Below, in pieces: positions 12,262 through 25,680 of a DNA stretch of 64,000 bases; the stretch's first letter is position 1; every line of letters starts with the position of its first letter. Where the stretch lies: positions 93,124,001 through 93,188,000 of the forward strand of contig OZ241826.1 in assembly GCA_965202585.1 (NCBI GenBank), in the 5' to 3' direction. Source of the DNA: Thalia democratica. Taxonomy: Eukaryota. A program made the position numbers and the translations under genes. The notes beneath the pieces are model-generated. The model was not told where the DNA came from. It was given only the letters and a program-made list of their open reading frames with translations, and searched no databases.

Positions 12262-14594
12262 TTAACAGTTCATCTTTCGTTTATCAGTACGCACTTATTT
12301 GGTAGGGACCTGTTTTGTTTTTGTTTATTATTGTGTTTTGTTTTTAGCAATAAAAATGTAAACTGTTTGCCAATGCCTTTCTATTTCTAATTGTGCGTAG
12401 ATTTATTTGTAAAACAAACATAGCTTTTAAACATGTAGATAAATTTTTTGAAGGCATCATATCTTTCTTCTTAAAATTAGTATACAATTTAATTTAAAAA
12501 AAGTTTTAGTTTTATTTAATACTACAATTAACTACGTTACTAAATAACAAGTTGAAAAATAAAAAAGATTAACAAAACTAAGAAAAAATCTTTTCAAATA
12601 TCAACTTATCATCATAAGTAAATTATTAATTGAAACGATTGAGTACAGTGATCTTACTCTGGAGTACACACTTTTACGTATGCTCTTTTCATTGAGTACG
12701 CACTTGATTTTTTTAGAAAACGTATTTGAAATTTAGTTTCTAATTTTAGTTCAAAAAAATTTTAAATGAAAGCATAATTTTTAAACATGAAGACATTTTT
12801 TTTTACTTATAAATAGTATACAATTTAATCTTCTCAAAATTTAATTTTTACTCCTTACTACAGTTAAGTACGTTCCTAAAAAATAAGTTCTAAAAGTGAA
12901 ATAAAGTTTAGTACTAAATACGTCGAGGTAACTCATTTTATTTTTATTTTCTTACACGAACGTTTTCAAAACTGCACCTTTGTCCTGAACTATCAAATTG
13001 TACGAGCAACCATCTGTTACAGCACATTTAGAGTGAACTACAAGAAGTCTTCAAAACCTGCTAAACGATTTTAATTTGTTTATATTGTTTCACTGCACAT
13101 TAAAGCGTATAGATATTTGTTAGTCTTTATTTGTTTTAAATGTTTAAACAAAAATGTAAATGACACTTACTCATAAACCACGGTCGCAGAACGAGTGATA
13201 AACTAAAAATCAAGATTGCCCCAAAACTACTGTCAATCTGGCGTCTTTTAAAACTGCTGAACCTGTGACAAAGTCGATTTCACATAAAAAAAGATGCGCA
13301 AGTAGCTCAGTGAGCATCAAAAGTATCAAAGCTCTTTTTTGATAAAAAATATAGAAAAATTTGAATTTATTGTACAAAGATGTTATAAATAAAAAGAGTG
13401 ATTATCAATCTAAAGTTAAAAAACAAAAATAGTTGAGATCAGCTTAGAAACAGCTAAATAATATTAGTAGACTTGCTAAATGTTTAATGCTACTAGGTAG
13501 TTGTTTAAAATTGTTTCGATTAGGTGATTTATTTTGCTACGATTGTTTTTGGGCTTATATGCAAACCATAGATAGCTCTATAATAAATTAGGCTCTAGTT
13601 TTTTGAACAAAACTAAACAGAAAAAAAAGATATACACTGTTTTTAAAAATATTTTCAATTTATATTTTTTTTTAGTAATATTTTCAACTAAAACTAAAGT
13701 TTTATTTAAAAGTTCAAACTGTACCAAAATGTTAATAAAATAATTAAGTTTTATAGAATTATTGATTTCACATTTCCAATATTTTAACTTCGAATAAGGT
13801 TTTACATATATAAGCAACATATATATATGTATTTCTGATATATACAACCTTGTATGTAGTGTATAGTTAGTATGAGTTGTATTAGGTAAAAAAAGAAACA
13901 ATTAAGTTTAGTGATATGTTTTTTATAAGTATTTTTTTATAAGTATTTTTTTACTTCATGTTATACAAATATGCCTTTGGTATGTACATTTCATTTGAGC
14001 TTAAAACTAAAAAACTTAATTTATTACTAATCAGTATTAAAGTTACTTTTGAAACTTTTTGTTTATGTACAACAACTTTTAACTTTATATAACAAAACGC
14101 TTTTTAAATTTGTTAACTCATTGAAATCTTATACTCTACATCTTTTTAAGTAAGAATTTTTCATTTAATGATGGAGGTTTAACGATTTAGTTTGTTAATT
14201 TTAAGTAAATAAAAAGTAATTAACTCATATAGGTTCAAGATTGATATAAGGTTTCGTAAAATAACAAAAAGTCACTAGTCAAATGCTTTTGTGCAATATA
14301 AAACTGTTAATATCTTTCAATAGAAAATAGTAAATACGCTTAATTTTACTAAAATTAATTTAAAAACCGTAGAATGTTTTTTTTTTAAATTAACTGTAAA
14401 ATATTGTAAAAGAAAAAATACTTATTTCATTATGAAACTTTTTTTTTAATAATAAACTTTTTAGATTTATTAGTGATATTTCTTACCTATCAGTTTGTAA
14501 CTAGTTCTGTAGTCAAATTTTGTGTGCTAAACTTCTTGGAAAAATTAGCACAAGTAACTTCTCAGTCAATTGTATAAACAGTATTAAATAAGCA

Positions 14595-16247
14595 ATGCAA
14601 CCGTTGAAAGATAAAGTGGAACTTTTTATACAAAGTCATCCTAACTGCAGCAGTTTTTTACGGGGTCTCATTGCAAAGAGAGAAGGCGAAATAAAGAACG
14701 AAACGGAAGATTTCGAAAACGGAAAGGTGCTTGCAAAGTCATTAAAGTTGTGTGGGTACGATGTGGCCAATTTAAAAAAATCGGCTCTTCCAGGATTCAA
14801 ATACAAACTCGACCTGCTGAAGACCGATGATCCGGACTATGAGCTCCTTGAAAATTCGATTAAAATCAAGGGTGCTTCGGGCAACTCCGGCTTCGAACTG
14901 AACAGTAACAACGAAGCTAAAAGTTTGAAGATGTACAGAGTAGTGACAGCTGAAAACGCTTCAACAGGATCGGGTTGTTTAGATAGCGCTCCGAAAACTC
15001 TTTTGCTTCATGGGACGAAAGCACAGAACGTTGAAGGAATCCTAAAGACCGGGTTCAATCCTTCTGAAAAAGGGCTTTTCGGGCCCGGAGTGTATCTGAC
15101 TGGCGGCTTCAGCGAAGCGTGCATCTACGCCGAGAGTTTTGCCACGGAAAGTAACATGACCAAAAGAATCAGATACTTTTTTGTTAACGCTGTGGAAGTT
15201 TCAGAGAAACGGTCACAAGCTCTTCAAGACATAAAATCTTTTCAAAAATATCAAAATTCAGATCCATCCGTGCGAGTTTTTGACTGTTCGACTAACAATG
15301 AAGATTCTGCACCGCACTTGTTTGACAGTCGACATAGAAAAATTTTGCACGGTAGTTTTCATAATACTGAACAAAAAATAGTGTTGGCTCATCACAGTTT
15401 AGTAGTTCCCGTTTATCTAATCGAGATTGAACTAAAAACACATGTGGCTGAAATTGTTAATGGAACGTTTTACAACGGCGGTTTAAAATTGGGCAGATAC
15501 TTTAAGAATGGCGATTTTTATCAAAAAAGAAGCAGTATTCAAGATGAAGTTTCAGAGTTTTCTTTTGATATGATAGCAAAAGAGCTGAAAAAAGAAATTG
15601 AAAGAAATCATTATGCAAAAATTGAGAGGTTAAATTCTCGATTAGAAAAAGAAACCAGCTTAATCATTAATCAGCTTTCTTTTCAATTTAGCAGCATTTT
15701 CGAATTGAATAGTGACGAAAAAAGAAAATTTAGTACAGAACTTGTGCAAAAAAGCAGTGACGATTACAACTTTATTTCATGTTCATTCAGTTCTGCAAAC
15801 GCATTTAAAATCAAACAGCTGTACAGAGTCAACCCTACTGACAAAAACGAATCAGTTAGGTTGGCACATAAGTACCTCTACCTAAACGTAGTGGAAAAAG
15901 AATAAGTAAAAAGCGTTTTGACAAGCGGTTATCCAGGAGCCAAGAAATCCGCAGGTATAAAAGGTGCGAAGTTATATTTCGCTGCAACATATATAAATTA
16001 TCGCAATAAAGAAGACTTCAGTTATTTTGAGGTAGATGGCACAGTAAAAAAGTTGCTGTTTGTGTTTGTGTCTGCCACTCAAGACGGTAATAACTACAAT
16101 AATTTGGACATGAAAAAAGTTCAAGTTGTCGAGGATAGCAGAAAAAGTTTAGCCGTTAAAGGGTTGTTTGAACATGAATACCTCGAAACTTTTATCAGTC
16201 TCGCTAATTTATTTCCGGCCTACTTAATTGTTTTTGAGTTAGAATAA
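14595..16247 (+). pseudogene. Tandem PARP-like gene, copy 2, in-frame stop inside domain 2
   Basis: GAA TAA (TAA at 15903-15905) replaces GAT CAA of copies 1 and 3. The same frame resumes to 16247. The truncated 436-aa product would keep domain 1. Confidence 0.8.
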
Positions 16248-17205
16248 TAAACAGTTCATCTTCTGCTTTTCAGTACGCACTTATTTGGTAGGGACCTGTT
16301 TTGTTTTTGTTTGTTATTGTGTTTTGTTTATGAAAATAAAAATGTAAACTGCTTGCCAATGCCTTTCTATTTGTTCGTATATTTATTTGTAAAACAAACA
16401 TAGCTTTTAAACATGTAGATAAATTTTTTGAAGGCATCATATTTTTCTACTTAATATAGTAGTTTACAATTTAGTTTTAAAAAAGTTTTATTTTTTTTTA
16501 AACTACAATTAACTACGTTACTAAATAACAAGTTGAACAATAAAAATAAAATTATCAAAGCTAAGTAAAACTTTTTTAAATATCAATTTATCATCATAAG
16601 TAAATTATTAATTAACGATTAAGTACATTGATCTTACTCTGGAGTACACACTTTTACGTATGCTCTTTTCATTGCGTACGCACTTGTTTTTTTTAGAAAA
16701 CGTGTTTGAAATTTAGTTTCTAATTTTAGTTCAAAAAAATTTTAAATGAAAGCATAATTTTTAAACATGAAGACATTTTTTTTTACTTATAAATAGTATA
16801 CAATTTAATCTTCTCAAAATTTAATTTTTACTCCTTACTACAGTTAAGTACGTTCCTAAAAAATAAGTTCTAAAAGTGAAATAAAGTTTAGTACTAAATA
16901 CGTCGAGGTAACTCATTTTATTTTTATTTTCTTACACGAACGTTTTCAAAACTGCACCTTTGTCCTGAACTATCAAATTGTACGAGCAACCATCTGTTAC
17001 AGCACATTTAGAGTGAACTACAAGAAGTCTTCAAAACCTGCTAAACGATTTTAATTTGTTTATATTGTTTCACTGCACATTAAAGCGTATAGATATTTGT
17101 TAGTCTTTATTTGTTTTAAATGTTTAAACAAAAATGTAAATGACACTTACTCATAAACCACTGCCGAACCTGTGACAGTCGAACCTTGTGAAAGATGTTA
17201 TAAAT

Positions 17206-19220
17206 CAGGGGTCGGCAAAGTGCGGCCCGCGAAGGGTAAATCTAAGGCCCGCGAGCACGTTTTTATTTTTAATGGAATGCGGCCCGCGAAAGAAAGTTTT
17301 GCGGCCCGCGAGCATGTAAATTTGGCCCGCTGAGCAAATATATACTGTAAGTTAAATTTTTTTGATAAATTTAGTTTTAAGTTCCTGTATAACATTTTAA
17401 GACAATTAAAAGACTTTACTGATTTAGCTTAAAATGTGAAAACGACAGGTTAGCATTCTACCAGGTTTTTTTTTCAATTTTATTATAATCTTTATCTTAC
17501 AATAGCAAATTATTTTCTGAAGCAGAATGTAAAAAGTGCTTTGAATTAGTAAGATAGTAATATAATACCTACTTGGTAAAAAACTGAATGCAAATATTTT
17601 CCGTTTTGAACAAAAGTAATGCACAGTAATTAACTGAAAAGTCATTTCTTTACAGTTTAGTTTTTTGTACACGTTTTTTATACCTAAGTTTCTATTACAG
17701 ATGTTTTATTTTTAAATGTTATATTCTAGCTTACACAGAAACATTTAAAATAACATAATAAAAATAATAATAATAATAATGTTAATAATAATGATAATAA
17801 TAATGAAAATGAAAATAATGATAATAAAAAAAAAAAGTTTATTTAATTTTGATTTTGACACCTTTGATTTTTTAGAAGTTTTCTTTGCTTTTTAAATTAA
17901 TTCTTATGCACACCAATGAACAAAAATGCTCATATTTTAAAACACTTTTTATTTAATACTTAACGAGATAAAATTTAGTTTATGCATAATTTACTAATAC
18001 TATTATTTCTACATGTAATATCTAAGTGTGTACAGACACAAATATATGGCATAAATTAAAAAAGTTTTTCTTAGGTATACTTTTTAGTTTTTCAAACCAT
18101 GTTTTTTGGCAAAATAAGTTAATTTTTATGCGTTGCATACTAATATAAACAGTTACTGTTTTTTGGAACTGCCTATTAAATACAAACTAGATTGAGAAAT
18201 GGTAATTTATAAAGTTTGTACATTTTTAATCAAAATAGTTCAAATTCGATCAAGTAAACAAATAAAAATTGCCACACACTCAGACTTTGACTATTTGAAG
18301 ACTTCAAATCTCAGGCTAATTTAGTAATATTTCAGTTTTTAACTTGCTTTTTGTATGCTAAAATATCATGCTAGTTTTGGTCACTCGGACTGACTTTTTT
18401 GCTTTAAAGATTCGTAAATTAAATTGATGATGTATGTTTTGTTCAATGCACACTGTTGGTTTTAATTAAAACATATGCAAATTTTAAGTCTTAAGCTGAT
18501 ATAATTTGAATTATTATTTATACTGATTGTATACATATAAATGTGAACAATTAGTGGTGCCAAAAAAATCCCGGTAAAACTTGGAATTCGACAATTTGTA
18601 CTTGAAAAATCTGAAAAAGCCCTGAATTTGAAAATTATCGAAAAAACTGGAACTTTAAATATTTTTAAGATGTAAAGTAGTGAAATTTCAATTTTACATA
18701 AAAAATCAACCATATAAATATTTTTATTTAAAAAATATTAAAAGTATCTTAACAGTATCTTTAAAAATTTTCTATAATATTTAGGACACATTTTGTTACC
18801 TTTTACTTAATTACATAGAAGCAAAAAGTTGTACTTTTAAAAACTTTATATTGGTGCATTGCACCTTTGCTATAAAAAGTCTTTACCTATTGTTGTGCAT
18901 TTTATTGGAACTAAACCTAGAAATTTTTCTAAGATGTCAAAATTAATAAAACCACCTGTAATAAAAGTTCTAAAATTAGCAATATCTGTTGTATCAGTTT
19001 TCGCATCTTAATAGATTGAATTAAATCCTAATTTGGTTTATGCGGCTTTATAATGTTCAGAAATTTCCTAAACACGACTTCTTGTTGATATTGAAGAAAT
19101 AATCAAAAATATTTTACTAACGCAAACACAAACTATTCAAATAAGTTTTCAACTCTCAACGGTATCTTTTTTTAGTAATTAATTTTGCTACTTTATAACT
19201 TGCCTGAACAGTTTTTTTCT
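17206..19220 (-). mobile_element. Decayed, internally deleted hAT (Buster/Charlie-type) transposon
   Basis: Terminus CAGGGGTCGGCAAAGTGCGGCCCGCG with GGCCCGCG subterminal repeats. The preceding 8-mer TTATAAAT fits NNNTANNN, and the empty site is visible in the paralogous flanks near 13378 and 38655. Reverse complement of 32225-34021. Confidence 0.75.
17763..17826. repeat. Imperfect (AAT)n microsatellite
   Basis: AATAATAATAATAATAATGTTAATAATAATGATAATAATAATG read directly. Confidence 0.8.
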
Positions 19221-19869
19221 GATCAGTCTGTAGTTACTGAAAATAATTATGTGCGTTTTTGAAACAAACTTACTTAAGCGGTTTGTTTTTTTTTTCTCGC
19301 AAAAACTCCAAACTAACGTACTATAGTTCGTTAAAAAAATCTACTTTAATTAAATTATATCAGTTCTACGTAAAGTTTGAGTATATAACGTGAAGCTTTA
19401 TGGTAATTATATTTTCAATGAATGAACAATATGTAGCTGCAATAAATATCATAAATAAATCCAACTTTTTAAAGAATGGGTTGTATAGTAGATAAAATTT
19501 ATGGCAGCTCTAAAATATCTGTAACAATGTCTAAATAAAGAAAAATTATCTAGACATTTCAACAGCTATCAGAAATTGTTAATTATATTTTTAAGACTAG
19601 TTATATACATAACCACTATTTAAAATAAAACATTAAACAGTAGATAACGGACGGAAGTGCGAATTAATTAATAACAACAGTTATAAATACATTATAATTA
19701 TAATTATAAATATAACAATAAGAATCATGTTATTTACTATGGTAGTAAATATAAAACAGTTAGTCATTAAAAATGCAATTAGGGTTACTTTTACTTTAAA
19801 TTATTTTAAAATTGTTAATTTAAGAATTTTCTATGTTATCTATTTTGTAAAAATTAACATTTTACTCGT

Positions 19870-20208
19870 TGTAATTTACTCCTGTTACTTTTAACCCTTA
19901 CCCTCGGTCGGTAACTTTTTTATTCTTTTTTTTAATGATAATTTAATGAGATTTTCTTATATTTTTAGTTTTACTATCACTGTTACCCCCAAACTTTACC
20001 CTTACTTAACTTTTACTTCAGTCAGTAATTTTTATTATTTTTTTAGGTTTTTTTTTTGTTTCTTTTTTCTCGTTTTATTTATTCTCGTGCAAACATTTAG
20101 CTCGTGCAAAATTGACCCTTGGTGCAAAATAGTCTTCGGGTAATTTTGTGCCCTCGTGCAATTTTGTCTTCGTGCAATTTTGTCTTCGTGCAATTAAGAC
20201 CCGTTCCC
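19870..20208 (-). repeat. MITE-like relic with TAACCCTTACCCTCG motif and ~17-bp TCGTGCAA tandem repeats
   Basis: CTGTTACTTTTAACCCTTACCCTCGGTCGGTAA matches, in reverse, the interior of the elements at 28798 and 48497. Six or more CGTGCAA/GGTGCAA units at 20085-20195. Confidence 0.5.
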
Positions 20209-21153
20209 TGGTGGACAGTTTCAAATTTTTATTTCAATTTATTCTTGATAATTAAAAAGTTACAACTGTTTAAAAATTTTAGTTTGCTACTAAATGCGAG
20301 TTAGCTACCAAGTATGATGTTTTTAAATTATAAGTAAGGAAAGTTATTTAGTTACTTTTTTTAAATCTAATTAAAACGGGTAAGTTAATATAAAGGGTTA
20401 CTTTCGAACAAAATTAGAAACAGTAAATCAATATATTTATTTGTTTTTCGACAAACTGCTTTTCTTTTAATAATAGCAATTAAATTTAGTTAATTATTTA
20501 TCCTTCTATTCTTTAAATTAGGTATTGAATTAAACTTTATTGTATCTCAATCAAAAGTTTTTTTTTAACACTATAAAAAATAAGTCTGTTAATAGGTTCA
20601 TTATAAATTATATATTAAATCAAATTAGAAATTAAAGTTTTTGTATTTGGTTATCAAACACTTAATCTATTTAAAAATTAAACTGGACTTATGCATAAAT
20701 CAAAACACTTTTAAATCAAGAATATGTAATTCCCTTTTAGGATGCAAGTTGAGAACCCTAGCTGTTACTTTAAAATAATCACAAGTATACAACTGCCGTT
20801 TTATCACATAGAACAGATTTAACAAAGGAATCAATTCAAGTTGACTTATTAAAGTATACTTCTTTTATCTATGATAGTTTGTCCTATTATATATTTTTGG
20901 ATGATAATCCATTGTGCACCTGTAAAACTTACCATCTGTCTGAATTTTTAAGAAACGTTTTTAAATAAAAATTAAATGTTCAAAAACGCTACAAATTTTA
21001 AAGGTCTATCGAATAAACATTTATGCAGTGTAAACACAGTTCTAAGTACATTAATTTACTTTAAAAAGTTTGTACAAGCTTTAATAGTTTATAATCTTAA
21101 AAAAAATATTTTCAACTATTTTTATAACTAGCCAGGTTTTTTAATACCATATT

Positions 21154-22254
21154 ATGATTAAGTTTTCATTGAAGTTTGATGTTACTATTATCAAAGTGGC
21201 ATTAGTTTTTGTTGGTTCAGTTGCATTCTATAGTATTAATCGATGTGTCTCTAGTTTAGTTAGCTCTGCTGATAAAAACAAAAATGATGTATCGAATGCT
21301 GAAGACCCGTTACTTCCAAACGTGAGTGAAAATTGTGATGATGAAAAACCGATTACTATTACTAGGAAGAATGAAACTATGGCCCCAGAGGTCTACAAAC
21401 CTGAAACCGAAGTTGCTAGAGGGGCATTAAAAATTGACTCTTGTGGTATTTTAGAAAATAATTATAAACCTAAAATTGCAACACATAAAGTTAATACAGA
21501 AACACTTAATTCAGAAGAAGATTGTTTTCAAAACGTTGAACAAAGTTGTAGGGTTTCAGAAAGTGAAAAGAATAATTTTAACCAGCCCATTATAAACAAT
21601 ATTGATGTACCTGACTGTTTTCTAATAAATGGTTTGTCTGAACATTTTACTGAGTTACATGAAACAGTTGAACATTTCTATGTTTCAATACATGTGACGC
21701 ACTCCAACATAGAATTAGTTACAGCATCAGAGGACGACAAAACACACAATGCAGCTACTGCTGTGTTGTTTGAAGTATTTGACGATACAACTAAATGGGT
21801 GTCCTCTGCGGAAAAATATAAACTGATTACTGATTTTTACAATAGTCTTAGAAAAATATTAGATAAGTTATTCATTTATCCTCTTCAAAGTAGCCTTTCT
21901 AAAGAGCAAATTAAAAGTATTGTAGAGGGTATTCGAAGTATTTCTAAATATCTAAATTGGTACACAGTATTTCTCGGAAATTTGAAGGACTTAATCAACG
22001 GTATTTCAGCTGATCTAAAGCAAACTGAGATCGAGCTTAATAAAGTTGTAGGAGAATGGAACACGTATACTGACAAGTATAAATTCGCTGCAGCTAAATG
22101 TTTAGAAGCTCTTAACATTGAACATAAAATAGTTAGAATAAAAGATCTGTCTGAAAATTTTTCAACACTGTTTTCAAAAGCCAAAGAAGTTATTGTTTAT
22201 CTTTTAAAATATTTAGACTCAAACATCTCTGTTAACTTGAGCGGAAAAGATTGA
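21154..22254 (+). CDS. Uncharacterised 366-aa protein: N-terminal hydrophobic anchor, acidic linker, helical C-terminal domain
   Basis: Single intact ORF. Hydrophobic stretch VTIIKVALVFVGSVAFY near the N-terminus. The paralog at 40933-42026 conserves the C-terminal half best. Confidence 0.8.
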   Translation: MIKFSLKFDVTIIKVALVFVGSVAFYSINRCVSSLVSSADKNKNDVSNAEDPLLPNVSENCDDEKPITITRKNETMAPEVYKPETEVARGALKIDSCGILENNYKPKIATHKVNTETLNSEEDCFQNVEQSCRVSESEKNNFNQPIINNIDVPDCFLINGLSEHFTELHETVEHFYVSIHVTHSNIELVTASEDDKTHNAATAVLFEVFDDTTKWVSSAEKYKLITDFYNSLRKILDKLFIYPLQSSLSKEQIKSIVEGIRSISKYLNWYTVFLGNLKDLINGISADLKQTEIELNKVVGEWNTYTDKYKFAAAKCLEALNIEHKIVRIKDLSENFSTLFSKAKEVIVYLLKYLDSNISVNLSGKD

Positions 22255-22691
22255 AAGAGATTGAATTTTATTGATTTATAAAATACAAAAGTACTTAAAA
22301 TTAATTTAGAAACATTAATACAATGAGATGCATTTAATTTCTATTCATAAATTAATACTTAGTTTTTACCACTTACTAAGTTGTTTATTAAACTTGTGGT
22401 ACGACTACAATTATCTATTTTTCTATACTTATAGTAAAAAGAAAATGTTGGCAAAATTTTAATTTTTATTTCCATTTTCAAATAATATCTTCATTTAATG
22501 CAATATAGTAGTAGTAATATATTATTGATAGTAATAACTAAATATACTCAAACTTTAAGTATCAAAAATAATTAAATGCTAAAAAAAAGTATCATAACAT
22601 TAGAAATAGTAAGTCTCTTAGGTTCAAATTTTCTTGCAATTGTCTTACTTTACTACCATCAACTTATCGGCTTCAACGTCATAATTGAGTA

Positions 22692-24085
22692 ATATGAACT
22701 AGACTTTTCGATGTAGTTGTCCTATGACTATTGACACTTTTTTGTTACAAAACTTTATTTACTTAAGTCACATAAGTTTATAAACAATTTTGATGCTTTA
22801 TTTTATGAAAGTTTTAAAAATTTAAACAAGTCCTTTATTGTATTATTCATTACGTAACTTCTTATAAGTAAGTAGCGTTTTATATACATAAATAGCGGTT
22901 TATATATATTGAAAATGTAAAATATTTGATTGTTTTTTATAGTAAAATTAGGTATGAAGTAAAAACGAGCGTTTTACTTCATAAACTATGTTATGTAACA
23001 ATTTTCTTAAAGTAACAATTTAATATACAAGTAAATTTTTTTGTTTACATTAATGTTATCAACGTATCATTACGAAACTAAAAAGTTTACAAATAAGCTT
23101 CAAAAGAAAAAAATAATTGTTTCATGTTAGGAAACAGAGAAACAAATAAATAAAGAAATTAATTTGTTTTTAAATAAACCATCACTACTTTTTGCTAAAC
23201 TATTACACATAAAAAAGTCTTAACATAAATTTAAAAGTGTTTTTTCAACATCAACAAAATTTGTTTCCAAAATAGTCATTATAAATACTTATGAAAGTAA
23301 CTCCCATAAAAACTTGTAAAAATATTATTTTAAACTATTCTGCATTGATGAACTTTTTTTTACTTCGGAAACAAATCTATAAGTCGTTTTTAAATAGTTT
23401 TAATATTTTTTCCAATAATTTAAAACAGCGTCATAACAGAAGTGCAAAACTTAACTCAACTTTTACAAGTACTACAAGTTTCGTAATCATGCATAGAAAA
23501 ACAGATAAAACAACACACTGTATGAACTAGACTTCTTGATGTAGTTGTCTAATGTCTATTGACAAATTTTAGATATAAAATCTTATTTATTTTAATTCAC
23601 ATGAGTTTAATAAATAGTACTAATGCTTTATTTTTTTAAATGTTTTAAGAGCTAAACGAAGTTTTATATTGTAATATTCATTACGCAGCTTATGTTAAGT
23701 GAGTAATTTTAAATATACATGTTTTAAAAATATCGATAGTGTAAAAATAACTTCATACTTTTTTTTAAGCAGAATGAATATTTTGTTTCGAAAACTATGT
23801 TGTGGAAGAAGATTTATTTTAATATACAAGTAAAAGGTTTTTTAAACAATAATGTAAACATAATATTACGAAACTAACAAGTTTACAATTAAATAGAAAA
23901 AATAATAGTTTCATTTTGTCAAATAGAGAAATAAACAAATAGAGAAACTAGTTTACTTAAAAAAAAAACTATCACTCCTTTTCGCTAAACAATGTCACAA
24001 CAAAAAGTTTTCAAATAGTTTTAAACGTTTTTTCAACATGAACGATATTTGTTTCCAAAACAGTAGTTTAAAATTTTAATGACAG
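22692..24085 (+). repeat. Old direct tandem duplication, period about 830 bp
   Basis: ATGAACTAGACTT...GATGTAGTTGTC starts at about 22693 and again at 23522 with colinear downstream sequence. Also present in copy B near 42470 and 43300. Confidence 0.7.
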
Positions 24086-24471
24086 TGATTTCTATTCAAA
24101 ATTGATTTTTTTTTTATTTTGAGTATAATTTATATCTTTTTTATTTGTTAACCATGTACTTTATTTTATAACAACTAGTTCAAGGTGATGTAAAGTGTTG
24201 AAAAATCTTTTTTATTTGACTTTTTTAGTCGACGTAAAATTGATTGTTTGAGAGTACTCGTAACGTGTTATTTTTTAAATTTGCATTAAATATTTAAATA
24301 TAAATTTTTTTTTCAATAATAAAACGTTAAATTTAACATTTTCAAGCTGTTACAAGTAAATACGTTTTGTATGAACTTAACTTGAATGATTTCAAATGTT
24401 ATAAACATTTTTTAACACATAACACTTTAAAAATATACATAAAGAGCTACAAATATCGAACTAATATAAAA

Positions 24472-24881
24472 TTGAATTTAAAGTTATCAAAGTACTCAAT
24501 TTAAGTTTAGTTTATCGAACAGCAAAATAAAATGCAACAATACAACTATCGCATCACAGTAGTTGTATCTACTGTGATGTGATAGTTGTATTGTTGCAAT
24601 CTACTGTGATGTGATAGTTTTGTTGTTGCAATCTACTGTGATGTGATAGTTTTGTTGTTGCAATCTACTGTGATGTGATAGTTGTAGTTTTGCGATCTAC
24701 TGTGATGTGGTAGTTGTAATATTGCAATCTACTGTGATGTGATAGTTGTATTGTTGCGGTATACTGTGATGTGATAGTTGTGATGTTGAGATCTACTGTG
24801 ATGTGGTAGTTGTGTTGTTGCTTTCTATTTTGTCGTTTATAAACTAAACTTAATTTGATTACTGTGATTACTTTAATTTAA
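24472..24881. repeat. Foldback/MITE-like element with a 32-bp tandem array (8 units)
   Basis: Units CTACTGTGATGTGATAGTTGTATTGTTGCAAT at 24569, 24601, 24633, 24665, 24697, 24729, 24761 and 24793. One inverted unit and long inverted flanks lie to the left. Confidence 0.85.
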
Positions 24882-25586
24882 TCTTTGTATTATTTGAGTA
24901 CTTATAAATCTTATAAAATTGATTTTCGGTAAATTTTTATGTCATATAAAGATTTTATAAGGAAAGAAATAATGCAAGTTAAGATCATACAAAAAAAAAA
25001 TTATTTGTAAAAACTTGTAAATGTTAAACATAACGTTCTTATAATAAAAAATAGTTTTATTAAAATCATTAGTAATATTGACTGTTCAAAAAATATTTTT
25101 GCATCAATCGAAGAATCTGACAACTTTTGAATATTTTTGTTCGTCTATTTTTTACAGATTAAGTTGTTCGATTAAATTTATCTTTAGTTATTTGATTAAG
25201 CGTTGTTTTTTGATAGTTAGTTTTGTTTGTTTCCAGCACATTGCTAAGTTTAATTTGTTTTGGTTTGCGACAACTAATTATCTGAGCCATAATTTGCAAT
25301 TCAAAACTATGTATTTTATTGAGAAAATTATTGGTTATACCTTTATTATTTTTTTAGCTGTAAAGTTTTTATTTACCTTGATTACACAGATACAAAATTT
25401 TCATATTAAAATATCACTAATTAAAATTTTCTGCAAAAAAAATGATATCTCTCAATTTTTTCTTCGGTAAGATCTATTCTATGTTAAAGACTTATATTTT
25501 AACTGAGTAACACTTTATAAAAAGTTTGTTTCAACGTTTTAATTTAATTGTTAACAACCACATTATTTTTTTTCCTGGATAAGACG

Positions 25587-25680
25587 TTAAAAGGTATCCA
25601 AGTGGTGTACCACTCGATAAATTATTTTGATTTCTCAGAGGTTCTTTTTGCACCAGGTCCTAGGACCAAATATTTTGACT
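25587..25680 (+). repeat. Dispersed repeat family R1 copy, absent from the paralogous segment
   Basis: TTAAAAGGTATCCAAGTGGTGTACCACTCGATAA...GCACCAGGTCCTAGGACCAAA. No counterpart near 45150-45190. Confidence 0.7.

Noticed and set aside
24569-24824. CRISPR-like appearance of the 32-bp array (also 44245-44435)
   Set aside because: Units are directly adjacent with no unique spacers, there are no cas genes, and the context is eukaryotic.
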